A stretch of 64,000 nucleotides of DNA, taken from Andalucia godoyi And28. Lineage: Eukaryota; Protista; Jakobida. Below are positions 40,506 to 52,162 of this stretch, piece by piece; within the stretch, counting starts at the first letter, position 1; the number at the start of each line of letters is the position of its first letter. A program made the position numbers and the translations under genes. The stretch is taken from the NCBI GenBank assembly GCA_009859145.1, contig VRVR01000062.1:62001-126000 (forward strand), written 5' to 3'. A model generated the notes under the pieces. That model ran no database searches. It was not told where the DNA came from and worked only from the letters and a program-made list of their open reading frames with translations.

Positions 40506-42132
40506 TCATCATCATCATCTGCAGCAGCAGCAATCATTGCACAGTTCTCAAGAGGCTGCGCAGCATCGAGATCCTTCCAAGACCGGACGACTTCTTCTAC
40601 GACCTGTCCAGCTCAGTCCAGAAGAACTGGAGTCTTTGTCAAGCACCAATCCGCAAGCCGGCAGTGCTTCGACAACTTCCTATGCAGCTCCTCCTCCACA
40701 GCATGCGTGGATCGGCGCGGAGTCCATGCTTGCAGATATTCCGCATTCATCCGGGTTTGCATTTCCTCAGACTCCACTGTTGAACGTCGGCGCCCCAATG
40801 TACTCCTCGTCGTTTCAGTCCATCGGTCCTCCGCATGTGACACATGCTGGACAGGGCATAGCAGCCATGCTTGCGAACCCCACGGCCTCGCCGTTGTCCG
40901 CACCGCATACGGCTGCCAGTATGTTTCCCTCCCAGTCTGCTTCCCAGTTTCTCTTGTCTACCGTGCAAACGCATCCCGCACCCCAAACGCAAGCGCATCG
41001 TGGAATGCAGCTATATAATCCACCTCCACGGCGGAAATCCGTCGACTTGGCAGAGCCTGTATTTGTAGAGTCGCGGGACTGGACGTTTCATTCCAAGGTG
41101 TCTACCAAGCCTGCGAGGCCTTCTTCCTCTGCATTGGTCTCGTCGTCGTCGTCGTCGTCATCATCATCATCATCATCGTCGTCGTCGTCCTCCCCCTCTT
41201 CCTCGAAGTCCGTAGTTCTTAATCCGCGGTTTGCTGGATGGCAGATCATCCAGAGAAATGCGCTATCGACACTGGATGCGGAGAAGGAGGCGCTCAAGAT
41301 CAGTGATTTTTCAGCATGCTACAAGACCGGGCGGACAGAATTTGTTCCGTGGAACGTTCCAATCTCGCGATCATTTATGCTGTTCAAGACATCGACCTAT
41401 GTCTTGTTTCTGCGTTGTTCGCAAACGTCGTCCGTGCTTCACGATGCGATTCGCGATGAAACGGTCCATGTCCGCGTCAGTCTCGTTGTGGACAATGCAA
41501 GCAGAGACATTGTGCCGAACGGGCTGTTTTGCAACAAAGACGACACAAAAGTCTGCACTGGACGTTTTGTGCCGGACCACGATCTCTCGGAAGAGTCACT
41601 CTCAGCACTCAGAGCCTCGTCCGGGTCCTCCGCATCATTGCCATCATCCTCATCCGCCTCTTCGTCTAGCACCTTGTCTTGGACGTTGTTTTTAGGTTCG
41701 TTTCGATTTGACACAACCTCCTACTTGCACGGTGAACCTCGGCAGTACCGATTTTGCGTGACTCTTTTTCGATATGGATCTTCAGCGCAGCAAAATTTGC
41801 AGACTGCGAGTTCAATGTCGTCCTCTGCTGAAATGGGAAAGATGTCAAAAGATGTGAAACCAAAGTCACCGTCTGACACCCCGCAGTCTCCACTGAGTGG
41901 CACAACGCGGTTCAGCATGCCTCCGGAAGCATTTCAAAAGTTCAGCGTGCAGAAACAGACGGAGCCCATGCTCGTGCAGCCTATGGAACTGACTGTTTGG
42001 CTTAATGCCCAAGATGCACCGCACACCGAAGTCCCGCTGCTTCAGATCTACTCCCCCCCGTTCTTCATCCGTGCCAAGAAGATCCCGAGAACTTCACACG
42101 GTCGCACAAGCCCAGAAGCCGCCCACGACTAG
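40351..42132 (+). CDS. PolyQ/Ser-rich protein with a C-terminal beta-rich domain; putative transcription factor
   Basis: ATG at 40351 (MENKSNRF). PolyQ, then YVLFLRC, VHVRVSLVV, LFLGSFRFDTTSYLHG..YRFCVTLFRY and LLQIYSPPFFIRAKK. Function is inferred. Confidence 0.72.
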
Positions 42133-43420
42133 CACCCGCCCATCCCATCCTGCCTGTCCGCTCGCTGCGAATAGTTTCTCCACACACACACACGCACACA
42201 CACACACGCACACGCACGAGTACGCTCAAATTTGGACTCTTCTCATATTTTATCTTTTGTTATTGTTATTGCTAGTGGTGGTGCTAGTGTTGCTGTTGTT
42301 GTACCCGACTTCGAAGCGTTCACGAGTGTGCCTGTATCTCGAAATAGATCGACGAGTGAAACAGAAAGGGAATCAAAAATGCTTTAAACGAATTAAATTA
42401 AAAAAACAACCCAAAACAAAAACAAAAACAAAAAACAAAGCCAAGCTGGAGCGCCTCCCCCGTTTGACCAGGCTTCTTAGAGTCTTGCGCACACGTTCAC
42501 GTCGTATGTGAGCGGCATCTGGAAAACACCGAAATTACTGATGCAGACCAAGTCTTGTCGTACAACATGCACGGAAGCGGCATCTCCCCATCCAGATCCC
42601 GCGACACCTTGTGTTGACTGCGCCTTGATTTGGTTTGTGAGAGGTGTTTTTGTTGCTGCTTTCGGCGGATGCCAGATTCAACATCCTTGGGAATTCATGC
42701 GGGTTGTCCCTGAGAACCTGTCATCAACTCGCAAAAAACTCTTCCACCCTCCCCATCCTTTGTGCCGTCCTTTGTTTGGCGGTTGTTTCCGCATCCGCAT
42801 CCGCATCGAACGTTTCCGTGCTTCGGAGCTATTTGCAGGCGGAGGACTGCCACATGCAGGCAAACGTGCGTACATCTACCCGGATGAGCATGGAGAGCGG
42901 TACGCAGTGGAAGTTGCTTGAATCGTTGCATGAGCAGATAAGCACCGTATCGGTATAGGAAGATTGTGTCCAATTGCAGTTTGCTCGTCAGCTCTGCTGA
43001 GACATGGCGCCATTTCCGTCCCAGTAAGCTCGCACACTCTTCGGTTCCACTGAATCCGCCTCCATGATCCAGCTCGTCTACCATTGCTCACTCGAACTGT
43101 TCTGCTCTTCCCCATTCACAAAATGGATCCGCGTTACCCAGTTTAAGCAATCCGTTTTGCACGATTATCGGAGGACTTTTCTGCCGCAGTGCAGCAGAAA
43201 CTTTCACATCTGTTCATTCATCCCTGCTTTAATCGTGCTTGTTCCTACCGATTCCTTTTCTTTCCCTTCTTTCCCTTCTTTCCCTTCTTCTTTTTTCTGG
43301 CTTGCCGCTTCCTGCTCTCTGGTTTCCTCTTCCGAGGGGCTTTGCGATTCACACTGTTGCCAAAACATCACCATCGTCATCCTCCCGGCTATTTTCCTTG
43401 TTGCCACTATTGGTCTGGAG

Positions 43421-44734
43421 ATGAGTGAGAGTTGGCAGTTTTATGGTTGGAAGTCTCCCGAAGCATCCGGTTCCAGTGCATATCCTCCACCTGAATCACA
43501 AATTCGGCAGTTCTACGCATGTGTGACGTGCAAGGAAGCACATCGGTCGTGCGATCGAAGGGGGCCACCGTGCACGAGATGTCGCGAAACTGGAAGAATT
43601 TGCCAGTACCCAAACAGAGTTCCGCCACCAACCCATTTCGTTCCTCACCAAGACCCCAGCATCGATAGCCCCCAACAGCAACCACAATCACAGCCACAGT
43701 CGCAGTTGCAACAACCGTCACAAGATGCATTTGCAAAGGGGTTCAGTTCTTTGCCAGTGTCCCGGGTTTCAAGTCCCCTCGAAGTCGACAGCGCATTGCT
43801 CATACATCCCTCGCCTTCTCATTCCCATTCGCATTCTGAACCGGTTGCTACACCGCCATTACCAAATATAACAGCCATTTCACCACGGTCGCACCCGATG
43901 TCAACACAATCGCACCAAGCGTACCCGCCGCCGTCTTGGTCCGCGTTGTCGTACCCGTTTGTTGCGCAAAGTCATGATAGCTGGGGTTGGCTCAACAAAC
44001 CACAATCTGAGCCACTACTTGCTTCTGCTCATGACCCATTCGTCCAGCGCCAAACTCCGGTTCATTCGGCAAGCTTTCCGCAGCTCCCGTCATTTCCGAC
44101 AACGTTTCCCGCGCAGCATTTGCACTATCCTTATCCGGGGCAGCTGTCACAAACCTATCCAGCATCCCCTGCGTCGCAACGCTGGACCAGTACGTTCAGT
44201 CCACGTTCGCTGAACGAGAATCGATCCTCGGCACCCAATGCTCTGCAGGACTCTGGGGGCGCACACAGCAACCCTGGCATCATGATGAAAACTGGAAACG
44301 GGGGGACAGCAGCTGCGGCGTCCTCCAACGTCGTTCCTGTGATCCCCCGAGACGCGTCGTTCGGTTCCAGTATTCAAACGGCGTCTTCTCGATCGTCGAC
44401 TCGATCGCTGCGGACACCCTCCGTATCTTCGTCGAACGGGATTTCGCAAAAGGGAGCGGCGCAACCGCCGCCAGTGCGTCCAAGCTCAGTCATGATCACT
44501 CATGCGTTGCAGGATTCGGTGCCGCAGGCAATAGTCCAGGGATCCGTTGGTCTCGGCGATACCGCCGTTCGACTGGAGCAGGTTTTGAAACGCGTCAGAT
44601 TTGTTGCAGACCGTATCGACGGTGTGCCGCAACATGTCCAGCAACACTTTGTCGAGCAACTCGAGGATGCCTGCATGTTCATGGAAAGCAGAATGGATGT
44701 TGCGCCGAGTTTGCAGTCCAACTCTCCGTTGTGA
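43421..44734 (+). CDS. Zn(II)2Cys6 binuclear-cluster transcription factor
   Basis: ACVTCKEAHRSCDRRGPPCTRCRETGRICQY has the Cx2Cx6Cx6Cx2Cx6C spacing, followed by a Pro/Gln/Ser-rich region. ATG at 43421. Confidence 0.9.
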   Translation: MSESWQFYGWKSPEASGSSAYPPPESQIRQFYACVTCKEAHRSCDRRGPPCTRCRETGRICQYPNRVPPPTHFVPHQDPSIDSPQQQPQSQPQSQLQQPSQDAFAKGFSSLPVSRVSSPLEVDSALLIHPSPSHSHSHSEPVATPPLPNITAISPRSHPMSTQSHQAYPPPSWSALSYPFVAQSHDSWGWLNKPQSEPLLASAHDPFVQRQTPVHSASFPQLPSFPTTFPAQHLHYPYPGQLSQTYPASPASQRWTSTFSPRSLNENRSSAPNALQDSGGAHSNPGIMMKTGNGGTAAAASSNVVPVIPRDASFGSSIQTASSRSSTRSLRTPSVSSSNGISQKGAAQPPPVRPSSVMITHALQDSVPQAIVQGSVGLGDTAVRLEQVLKRVRFVADRIDGVPQHVQQHFVEQLEDACMFMESRMDVAPSLQSNSPL

Positions 44735-45270
44735 CCTCGCCACGCTTTGTCCTTTTGCCTTCTTTTGCTCGCCTCTCTTGTCACCTATCCCACCTCATTG
44801 AGTTCCATTGCGTTGCATTGTTTTGCGAGCTCGAGAATGCCGGCTCTTGAGCTTCATCTTATGCCTCTTGCAGGTGTTTTCTTCTTCTTCTTTCCAGAAG
44901 CGAGACTTTATGAATTTCGCTTGGGGAAGAAGGAACACGCAGTTGGGTTGTATCGGCCTTCCATTTTTTTAATTACTATTTATTGTCGGTTTTGTACATG
45001 GGCTTTCGGTGGCTATATGGTTTTCTTTCCCCTCGCCCCCTCTTCTTTTTTTTTGTTTTTTTGTTTTGTTTTCTGTGACCAGATTCTCGGAATTTGCCTG
45101 GTGCGGTTAAACATACAGTATCAATTACTCCACAACATCACCACCACGACGAACGAACAGCAACGATGGTGGTGAAAGATTACAAACAAGCAACATATTA
45201 GAGTGCACGATAAATATAACAAGGAGAACAGGAGCGGCGGTAAGACTAGCAATATCTCACGCGCAACGGC

Positions 45271-46557
45271 TCAGATATGTACAATGGAGACGCCGTCAGA
45301 ATCGATTTGAACGTCCCACGATGTTTCCGGAAGCACGGATGAATTGACGACTCGGAGCTTTCGAAGGCCCCTTGACGCAACAGGCACATTTTGCACACGC
45401 TCCAGCTGATATCGATGCGATGGACAGTGTGACCATGCAAGCCCAAGAGCCGACGATTTGGATGAATGGGCAGCAGCACCTGCAAGTGACGATCCGGCAC
45501 GAAAGTTATCCACGACATGATTCGTCACAAGCACGGCAGCAAGACACTCTTCCGCGAGCCGTTTTGCCCTTGCCGTCCATCTGAACAATTCTGACGCGCG
45601 CTCCATCGGATCCATTCCATACGAAGTGGCATTCCCCGTATGCCCACGGCTCCCAGTGCTGGCAGCATGCTGATCATCGGTTGCGAGTGAGAAATCCTGG
45701 AAAAGCGCAGTGATGGAGTCGACAATGACCAGCCGGATGCATTCGAGAGGATTTCGAACAGTGGGCTCCACAAGCCGTTCCCATTGCGACATGAACCAGT
45801 TCCACGCAGCACCCGGTGTAGGAGGCAGGGACTTGAGAGGCAATGTCAGGAGCAACACACGATCGGCAGCGGCTGCATCTGTTATGATTTCCCGCATTCG
45901 AGAAGACGGAAATGGCGGTTCTGTGCACACATAGATGCACCGGCCTTCCAATCCACCCTCTGCAGCACGCGCCTGGACCTGCCTTGCGAGCGACAAGCAC
46001 AATGCGGTTTTCCCAGAGCCCGCTTCGCCCGACAGCTCTGTCAAATGACCACCGAAGAACACGAGATTATGCTGAAACTCGGTGGTTGACGAAGAAAACG
46101 TATGGCTTCCTCGCGCAGACACGTTTGCTCGAATCGGAGAAATCAGTCCGAAAACATCCGCCGCCGATCCCGAGACGCTCTTGTACATCGTGTACCTCGA
46201 CTCGCGCGTCGGCGCCGATTCCGATCTCGATCCCGATTCCGATCCCGACCCAGCTGCACCAAATGAATCGGAGACGTTTGCACTTGCCGTTGCCGTTGCC
46301 GTTGCCGAGGAAGACTTGAATCGTTTCGCGCTCGTCGGCGAGTCCGCACATGCATGCGAAGCTTGGCGGGAATCTAGGAACAGCTTTGGCAGCACGTCCA
46401 GTTTCGACGCTGGCGTTGGCGGAATAAACGGGAGTTCCAGCAGATGGTCCAGCGTGGTTGGAGGGAGTGGCGAAGCGTCCGGATATTGCGAAACGAGCTG
46501 AACAAGCTGTGCATAGCTCATTTCGCACTGTTCTCCACCCAACGAGTGCGCAGCCAT
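45271..46557 (-). CDS. XRCC3: RAD51 paralog, XRCC3/Rad57-like
   Basis: LTELSGEAGSGKTALCLSL (Walker A), GGLEGRCIYVCTEPPFPSSRM, IRLVIVDSITALF (Walker B), AVLVTNHVVD, SALGLAWSH. The motif pattern is closest to XRCC3 among the paralogs I know. Confidence 0.8.
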   Translation of the reverse strand: MAAHSLGGEQCEMSYAQLVQLVSQYPDASPLPPTTLDHLLELPFIPPTPASKLDVLPKLFLDSRQASHACADSPTSAKRFKSSSATATATASANVSDSFGAAGSGSESGSRSESAPTRESRYTMYKSVSGSAADVFGLISPIRANVSARGSHTFSSSTTEFQHNLVFFGGHLTELSGEAGSGKTALCLSLARQVQARAAEGGLEGRCIYVCTEPPFPSSRMREIITDAAAADRVLLLTLPLKSLPPTPGAAWNWFMSQWERLVEPTVRNPLECIRLVIVDSITALFQDFSLATDDQHAASTGSRGHTGNATSYGMDPMERASELFRWTARAKRLAEECLAAVLVTNHVVDNFRAGSSLAGAAAHSSKSSALGLAWSHCPSHRYQLERVQNVPVASRGLRKLRVVNSSVLPETSWDVQIDSDGVSIVHI

Positions 46558-47141
46558 TGACCTCTTCCCTCCTCTCCCCCCCCACAAAAATAAAATTAAT
46601 AACAAAAAAACTAAAAAAACAACACAGGAACAATAATATCAATTCCAATAATGGTCCTTTAATGTAAATATGTATACACTCACAAAAAAAAAAAGAGGAA
46701 AGAAGAAAAGGGAAAAAAAACGCTAATGACGCAATATCAAAAAGTACGAAGAAAACCAAAGGAAAAAACGAAGAGTGGAGACACGACGTTGGGCACAAAA
46801 GCAGCAATAAGTAAATAAATAATAAAACAACCTCGAAGCTCGAAAGGCTTTTCACGTGGCAACAAGCAAAAACAAAATGGAGGCGTGCAAACACAGCAGG
46901 CACTCCACCCCGCTGGACACTACAGTCGTACTACGGTAGATAGGGTTCGATAAATCAAACTTTCTGCCATGGTGCTGTTTGCTGCTCATACACAAAACGG
47001 TCAACCATTGGGCTCCGTCATTCTCCACAGCTTCTTTCCCTTTTTTTTAAATATTATATACATACACATATTCCATGCTTTAAAAAAAAAACAATAACGA
47101 TAACAATAATTATTTTCAACAGCCCGTTTTTTCCTGGAAAA

Positions 47142-48203
47142 ATGTCACGAGTGCTGTCGGATACTACAAACTTCTACAGATCGGTGTCTCCTTCACCGTT
47201 TGTGCGCGCTTCGTCTCCGAATCTCTTTCTGCGATCTCCATCCTCTTCTGCTGTCTCGTCTGTTCAACCTGCTCTTCTGTCCACCAATAATCATCCGCAT
47301 CATCAACAGCAGCATGGAGGAGGAATGACAAGGTACAGATCGCCTGTGCAGTCCAAGACTCTTCTTCTCCGTACGTTAAACGACGAAAAAGCATCGTTGC
47401 TGGATGAGAATGCAAGGTTACAGTCGCTTCTGTGCCAGGGGAAAGCAGGTGTTCAGCCCGGATCATTGGCGCAAACAAGCAGCACAAGTAGTAGTAGAGG
47501 CACCAGAAGTACGCGTACGGGAAGTAGAGGCAGTAATAGTACACATTCAAGAGAGCACGACAAGGTGGTGGAGGTGAACGGAGAGGTGGATGGAGAGGTT
47601 GAAGTGGAAGTGCGAAAGTTGGAGAGGAAAAAGGTGGAATTGGAGAGAGCGTTGGAGGATGTGTGGGCTGAGCTTCGTCGGGCGTTCCCGTCGTTGAACG
47701 CTGTCGGTTCTGCGGAGGATCGTCTTGAGCGGGCCAGAGGCATGCTGTCGAAGAGTTTGGAGGATCAAGAAATGCGCGGCGCACGCGAACTGAGTGCGGA
47801 TGTGGAGCGTCTGCGATGCGCGTTTATGCTGAAGCGACTCGACTCGCTCCTTTTGCAGCAAATCCAGACCGGGTGTGCTGTGCGGCGAGACAAAGAAAGC
47901 GTCGTGCGCAGCTCGGAAGAAGCACGACTCTCGAGATGCGTGTGCGACATGCTGCATCATGCACACGCTGCGCCATCGCCATCGCCATCGCCATCGCCAT
48001 CGCGGCCCATGGATCTGGACAGAGTGCTCGACACCGTCTGCGTCGCAGGTGCCCACGATGCGCTCGCAACCAGGCTGCGTGCTCTAGAGGAGACCAACTC
48101 CCGCCTGCGCCAACAAGCAGAAAAGGAACAAGCCGCCAGAATCGCAAAGGAAGCCGAGCTCACTCAAATGACAAGTCGAGCGTCCACCCTGCAACAAGCA
48201 TGA
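47142..48203 (+). CDS. Hypothetical coiled-coil protein
   Basis: 353-aa ORF from ATG with several heptad segments (TLNDEKASLLDENARLQSLL; VRKLERKKVELERALEDV; LRALEETNSRLRQQAEKE). Confidence 0.7.
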   Translation: MSRVLSDTTNFYRSVSPSPFVRASSPNLFLRSPSSSAVSSVQPALLSTNNHPHHQQQHGGGMTRYRSPVQSKTLLLRTLNDEKASLLDENARLQSLLCQGKAGVQPGSLAQTSSTSSSRGTRSTRTGSRGSNSTHSREHDKVVEVNGEVDGEVEVEVRKLERKKVELERALEDVWAELRRAFPSLNAVGSAEDRLERARGMLSKSLEDQEMRGARELSADVERLRCAFMLKRLDSLLLQQIQTGCAVRRDKESVVRSSEEARLSRCVCDMLHHAHAAPSPSPSPSPSRPMDLDRVLDTVCVAGAHDALATRLRALEETNSRLRQQAEKEQAARIAKEAELTQMTSRASTLQQA

Positions 48204-48520
48204 TTTAAAAAGCCACCTGCCGTAATTACCTTCCCCATCCCAACGCTTTGTCCAAGCATCAAAGCATCAAAATCCCAGACAATTTCCTCACTTTTCCTCC
48301 GTTGACTATGTGTGTGTATATATATATATATTTATTCTTCTTATAAAAAAGTCCAAAGCTCGCATGCAGCCCGCAGATTTCCGTTGTCAACTGCACGCTC
48401 TTTACTCTCACCTGCACACACTCCCCCACTGACGCATTCATACTTACTTTCGCTCGCTGACCCGGTTTTCTGCTTGGTAGGTTTGCGGATTCAGGATTGG
48501 AGGAATCGAGCTGCTATGAA

Positions 48521-51500
48521 ATGCAGGAAGCCGGTTCGGACCACACGTCGAGACTTGTAGACTATGTATTGACAGTGGGTCTGGCGCCAAGTGCATGCTC
48601 TCCCCCGTCTCCGCGGTCTCCCACAGATGCGGCAGATGCCACGGACGCCACGAACGCATCGTCGGTGTGTGCGGACCCAGTTAGTGTGATGTCGCTGGGG
48701 GCTCGTGTCTACCGTAGTGAAAAGCTGTTTGCCGCGTCGGTGCTGCATAGACTGCCACGCGTGTCGCACAAGGACTTTGACCTTCCGCCGGGATGCCCGC
48801 TCTTTGCATACCCATCCGGCATCCAGCCAGTCGGACTCTTTCTCCAGCACGGCCGCCACCCGTCGCCATGCTCCATCAATGCCGTCAGCTGCACCAGCAG
48901 CAGCAGTGGTGGTGGTGGTCACGGTCAGAGCCATGGTCATCCTCTTCATGCTCCACAGCAGTTAGATTCCAATCGGAAATGCAGCACGGATTCAGATCGC
49001 TCGTTTGCGGAGAGCGGGAGTTATGCTTCAAGCACTGGGTTCAGCAACTCGCCGAGTTCACCTGCATTTGATTCACCGAGTGCGTTCGGCCGGTCCGCCA
49101 CGTCTACATTCACAAGTATGGGTGCATCAACGGGTGCATCAACGGGTGCAGGTACAGGAGCATGGACAGGAGCATCGTCCACAAAGGTCGGCGCCGTAGT
49201 ATCGCTTCCTGCGATGTGTCACGATGCACTGTACTCGTTTGCGCTGACGAAGCTTGATGGACGACGGGTCTTTGGAGTGGTACTCACGCGCTGGTTTCGC
49301 ATTTCTCGCAAAAGAGCAGCAGAACTAGGACTGCCAATCTCTTTGAAGAGCTCCAGTGCACTCGGCTCGAGTCTCTCGCAAAGCACGCAGAGTCAGAGCC
49401 CGACGCAGAGTCCAAGGCTGCAACACACCCTGCCAAGGTCAGGCTCAGACTCTGCATCCACGTCTGCGTCTGCGTCCACTCCTCCGACTCCTCCGACCCC
49501 TACTGCTGCTTCGTGCGGCTTAGATAAAAGAGAGACAGCGGACGAGCAGGGAAATGCGATGCACGAGCGGGATGCGACCGAGGGGTTTATTCGGTGGTAT
49601 GTTCCGTGTTCGCTGGTGCTACTGTCGCATCATCCATATCACAGATCGTTTTTTCAGCTTATGGAGTCGGTGGCGGACTATTCGCATAGATTCTTCCGGC
49701 CGATTGTGCTCATCCGACTGCATGCGTTGCTCAAAGGAATCGGGCCAGACTGCACAGATCCGGTCGTTCGCCTGGCTCCGTCATGCAAGCCTGTCAATTT
49801 TCCAGCGCCGTCACTGTTTCCGCTGTACGATGTCGACTATGGAGTGCTCGCAGAATGTGTTTCTCCACAGGTGTTGGCACGCTGTCTGAGTGTGCTGCTC
49901 TTGGAACAGCGCGTGGTCATTGTGGGAGAGGTTGATCCGCTGCTGAACGATCTAACACCCGTGAATGCTTCCTTGGAGAAGGAAAAGAAGTCTCTGTTCG
50001 CGTGGTCACGAGAAAACCATGCATCGTATCGGCTCGTTCAAGTTTGCGAAGCATTGATGGGCCTGCTGTCCCCCTTTTCCTGGCCACACGTCTACATTCC
50101 CATGCTACCGTCCACGCTTGCCGACATTCTAGACGCTCCTGTACCGTACTGTCTCGGAATACGCCGGTCGGACTGGGTAGACTTTGGCAGGAACACTCTA
50201 CCCAAGGATGCGTTTGTTTTGGATCTCTGCAGCGGCGTGCTGTTGGAGCCACTGGCGGTCGACCCCCCGATCGTAGACCTGCCCGTGAAGAGCCGACGAG
50301 CGACATTCAACTCGTCGACTCCTTCCCAGTCACCCTCGACTCCTCTCTCAAAAGGCGTTCGTGCTCCCATTGTGAAGCATGGGTGGCTCAAAGGACTGGC
50401 AATGCGACCAGAGCCCATTTTGCCTGCAGCACTCTTCACCGGAAGCCTTGTCGATTCATCGGCAGCAGATACCAGTTCGTCGAACGGGATCTTGCCCGTA
50501 GACCAGTGTATTCAGTTTTCCGTTCTTGGAAATGATTCCAAACAGTCTCACAGTATCCGTCTCGACGATACAGCATTTTCCTCGTCCTCTTCCATGGACC
50601 ACAGATCCCGGGGCTCCGTACTGTGCAGCTCTCCAACCTCGCCGCGGCCTCCGTCGGATTCATATCAGAATAGTATATTTGGGCACAATCGTAGTGGTAC
50701 CGACCCTTCCTCGAGGACAAACACCCAATTGAATTCTCCGGATTCATCCTTGCTGGATGATGACGATGACACGAGTTGGATCGATGCGGAAATCGACAAG
50801 GCTCTTGGAATAGATGATGTCAGTGTCCAGCTGGGTTCACCTGTGTTTGGGAACCCAATGTTGCATTCGGACTCGCTGTGCCCGACTCCCACCCCGGTTT
50901 CCTCTCCCACCCCCATCATCGTTTCGCCCCTTGGTGGTTCTGCGCAAAGGATTGCAGTCGGATCGAGCCAGTCATCGACTGAAGTATCTGACGACGAGTA
51001 TTGCGGGCTTTTCTTGCGGAAAATTGTGTTTCGAACGGTGTTTGAACTTGTCAAAACGTACCCGCTTTTCTTGAAGACACCTGGCTCCGGCACTTCGGCA
51101 TCCGGTATTTCGTCGAGTGCGGCTGCGCTGAACTTGTCAGATACTTCGTCGAACTCTTCCTCTTCTTCGTCATCGGCCAACACGGCCTCCTCGTCTGGCA
51201 ATCCTAATCAGCAAGGAACCGCAGACTCCATTTTTGATTCGGATGCATTTCTCGCTGATGTATCTGCAGAGCACGCGCCGTTCCTTCGCATGCTTGTTCA
51301 GTCGCAGGTATTCGGTGTCACCATCAACGACCGGATGTTTCGGCAATCCAGCAGATCTCGCGGGAGTTCTCACCATGAAGATCAAAACAGCTCGGCGGAC
51401 GCTTCAGAAGACGGCGGCGAGTTCCAACAGGATCTTTTTGACCGGTTGCTCGCAGAAACGATGCGCAGAATGTGTCTGCAGATCGAGATCTTAGCGTCTT

Positions 51501-52162
51501 CGTCCCACCGTGGCTGGCTTACGAAATGCGGCAAGTTACGTAAGTCCTGGAAACGGAGATACGTTGTGCTTGCAGACCGCGAGTGCAAGTACTTTTCAGA
51601 CGCATCTTGCAAGTCTTGCAAAGGGTCGGTTCCGTTTTCTCCTGGAGAAGCGCGCGTCATTGTGGTTCCAGCAGGTGTGGAGGCTCGCGTCGCTGCTCCA
51701 GATGCTCCACACCCTTTTATATTCGCTCTTGTCACAAAAGATCGAAAGCTTGTCTGCTGCGTGGAAGACAACCAAACGCGCCAACAGTGGGTGCGAGTTC
51801 TCCGAGCCAAGACGATGGACCCCGCGATCCGCAAAGCTCTCGAGGTGCACGGTGCTCCGCGCGTGTACACAGCTCACGGTTCAGAGATTGGCGGCAGCTC
51901 CTTCCAGTCTCGCGACGTACCTTTCTGGAAACAAGGCGGTGCGCGGTTGCTGTGGCTTGTACAGGGCAACCATGCATCCACAACCACCAGCGCGAACACC
52001 ACCACTGCGTCGTCGTCCATGGGCTTCAATGGCAGCGGTGCGCAGAATCGAAGCCAAGCCATCAAAGGCGGATCGCTGGTCGCGCCTCTGGAGCACGAGG
52101 ACGCATCCTCGCATAGCGTTGTAGACGACTTGTATGAATCCGGATCCGACGATGACGCATAA
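48521..52162 (+). CDS. DENN-domain protein (uDENN-cDENN-dDENN) with C-terminal PH domain; putative Rab GEF
   Basis: LVDYVLTVGL, LPPGCPLFAYPSG, FALTKLDGRRVFGVVL, SLVLLSHHPY, LLLEQRVVIV, LLSPFSWPHVYIPMLP...LDAPVPYCLGI, FDSDAFL...FLRMLVQSQVF, then the PH motif GWLTKCGKLRKSWKRRYVVL...RKLVCCVEDNQTRQQWVRVL. Confidence 0.92.
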   Translation: MQEAGSDHTSRLVDYVLTVGLAPSACSPPSPRSPTDAADATDATNASSVCADPVSVMSLGARVYRSEKLFAASVLHRLPRVSHKDFDLPPGCPLFAYPSGIQPVGLFLQHGRHPSPCSINAVSCTSSSSGGGGHGQSHGHPLHAPQQLDSNRKCSTDSDRSFAESGSYASSTGFSNSPSSPAFDSPSAFGRSATSTFTSMGASTGASTGAGTGAWTGASSTKVGAVVSLPAMCHDALYSFALTKLDGRRVFGVVLTRWFRISRKRAAELGLPISLKSSSALGSSLSQSTQSQSPTQSPRLQHTLPRSGSDSASTSASASTPPTPPTPTAASCGLDKRETADEQGNAMHERDATEGFIRWYVPCSLVLLSHHPYHRSFFQLMESVADYSHRFFRPIVLIRLHALLKGIGPDCTDPVVRLAPSCKPVNFPAPSLFPLYDVDYGVLAECVSPQVLARCLSVLLLEQRVVIVGEVDPLLNDLTPVNASLEKEKKSLFAWSRENHASYRLVQVCEALMGLLSPFSWPHVYIPMLPSTLADILDAPVPYCLGIRRSDWVDFGRNTLPKDAFVLDLCSGVLLEPLAVDPPIVDLPVKSRRATFNSSTPSQSPSTPLSKGVRAPIVKHGWLKGLAMRPEPILPAALFTGSLVDSSAADTSSSNGILPVDQCIQFSVLGNDSKQSHSIRLDDTAFSSSSSMDHRSRGSVLCSSPTSPRPPSDSYQNSIFGHNRSGTDPSSRTNTQLNSPDSSLLDDDDDTSWIDAEIDKALGIDDVSVQLGSPVFGNPMLHSDSLCPTPTPVSSPTPIIVSPLGGSAQRIAVGSSQSSTEVSDDEYCGLFLRKIVFRTVFELVKTYPLFLKTPGSGTSASGISSSAAALNLSDTSSNSSSSSSSANTASSSGNPNQQGTADSIFDSDAFLADVSAEHAPFLRMLVQSQVFGVTINDRMFRQSSRSRGSSHHEDQNSSADASEDGGEFQQDLFDRLLAETMRRMCLQIEILASSSHRGWLTKCGKLRKSWKRRYVVLADRECKYFSDASCKSCKGSVPFSPGEARVIVVPAGVEARVAAPDAPHPFIFALVTKDRKLVCCVEDNQTRQQWVRVLRAKTMDPAIRKALEVHGAPRVYTAHGSEIGGSSFQSRDVPFWKQGGARLLWLVQGNHASTTTSANTTTASSSMGFNGSGAQNRSQAIKGGSLVAPLEHEDASSHSVVDDLYESGSDDDA

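Noticed and set aside
42430-43400. GC-balanced stretch with several 100-140 codon ORFs on both strands
   Set aside because: No recognisable motifs, and stops occur in all frames. It may be a decayed gene or long UTR, but I cannot support a call.
46943-46951. GGGTTCGAT resembling a tRNA T-loop/B-box
   Set aside because: No T-stem closure, acceptor stem or D-arm can be formed around it.
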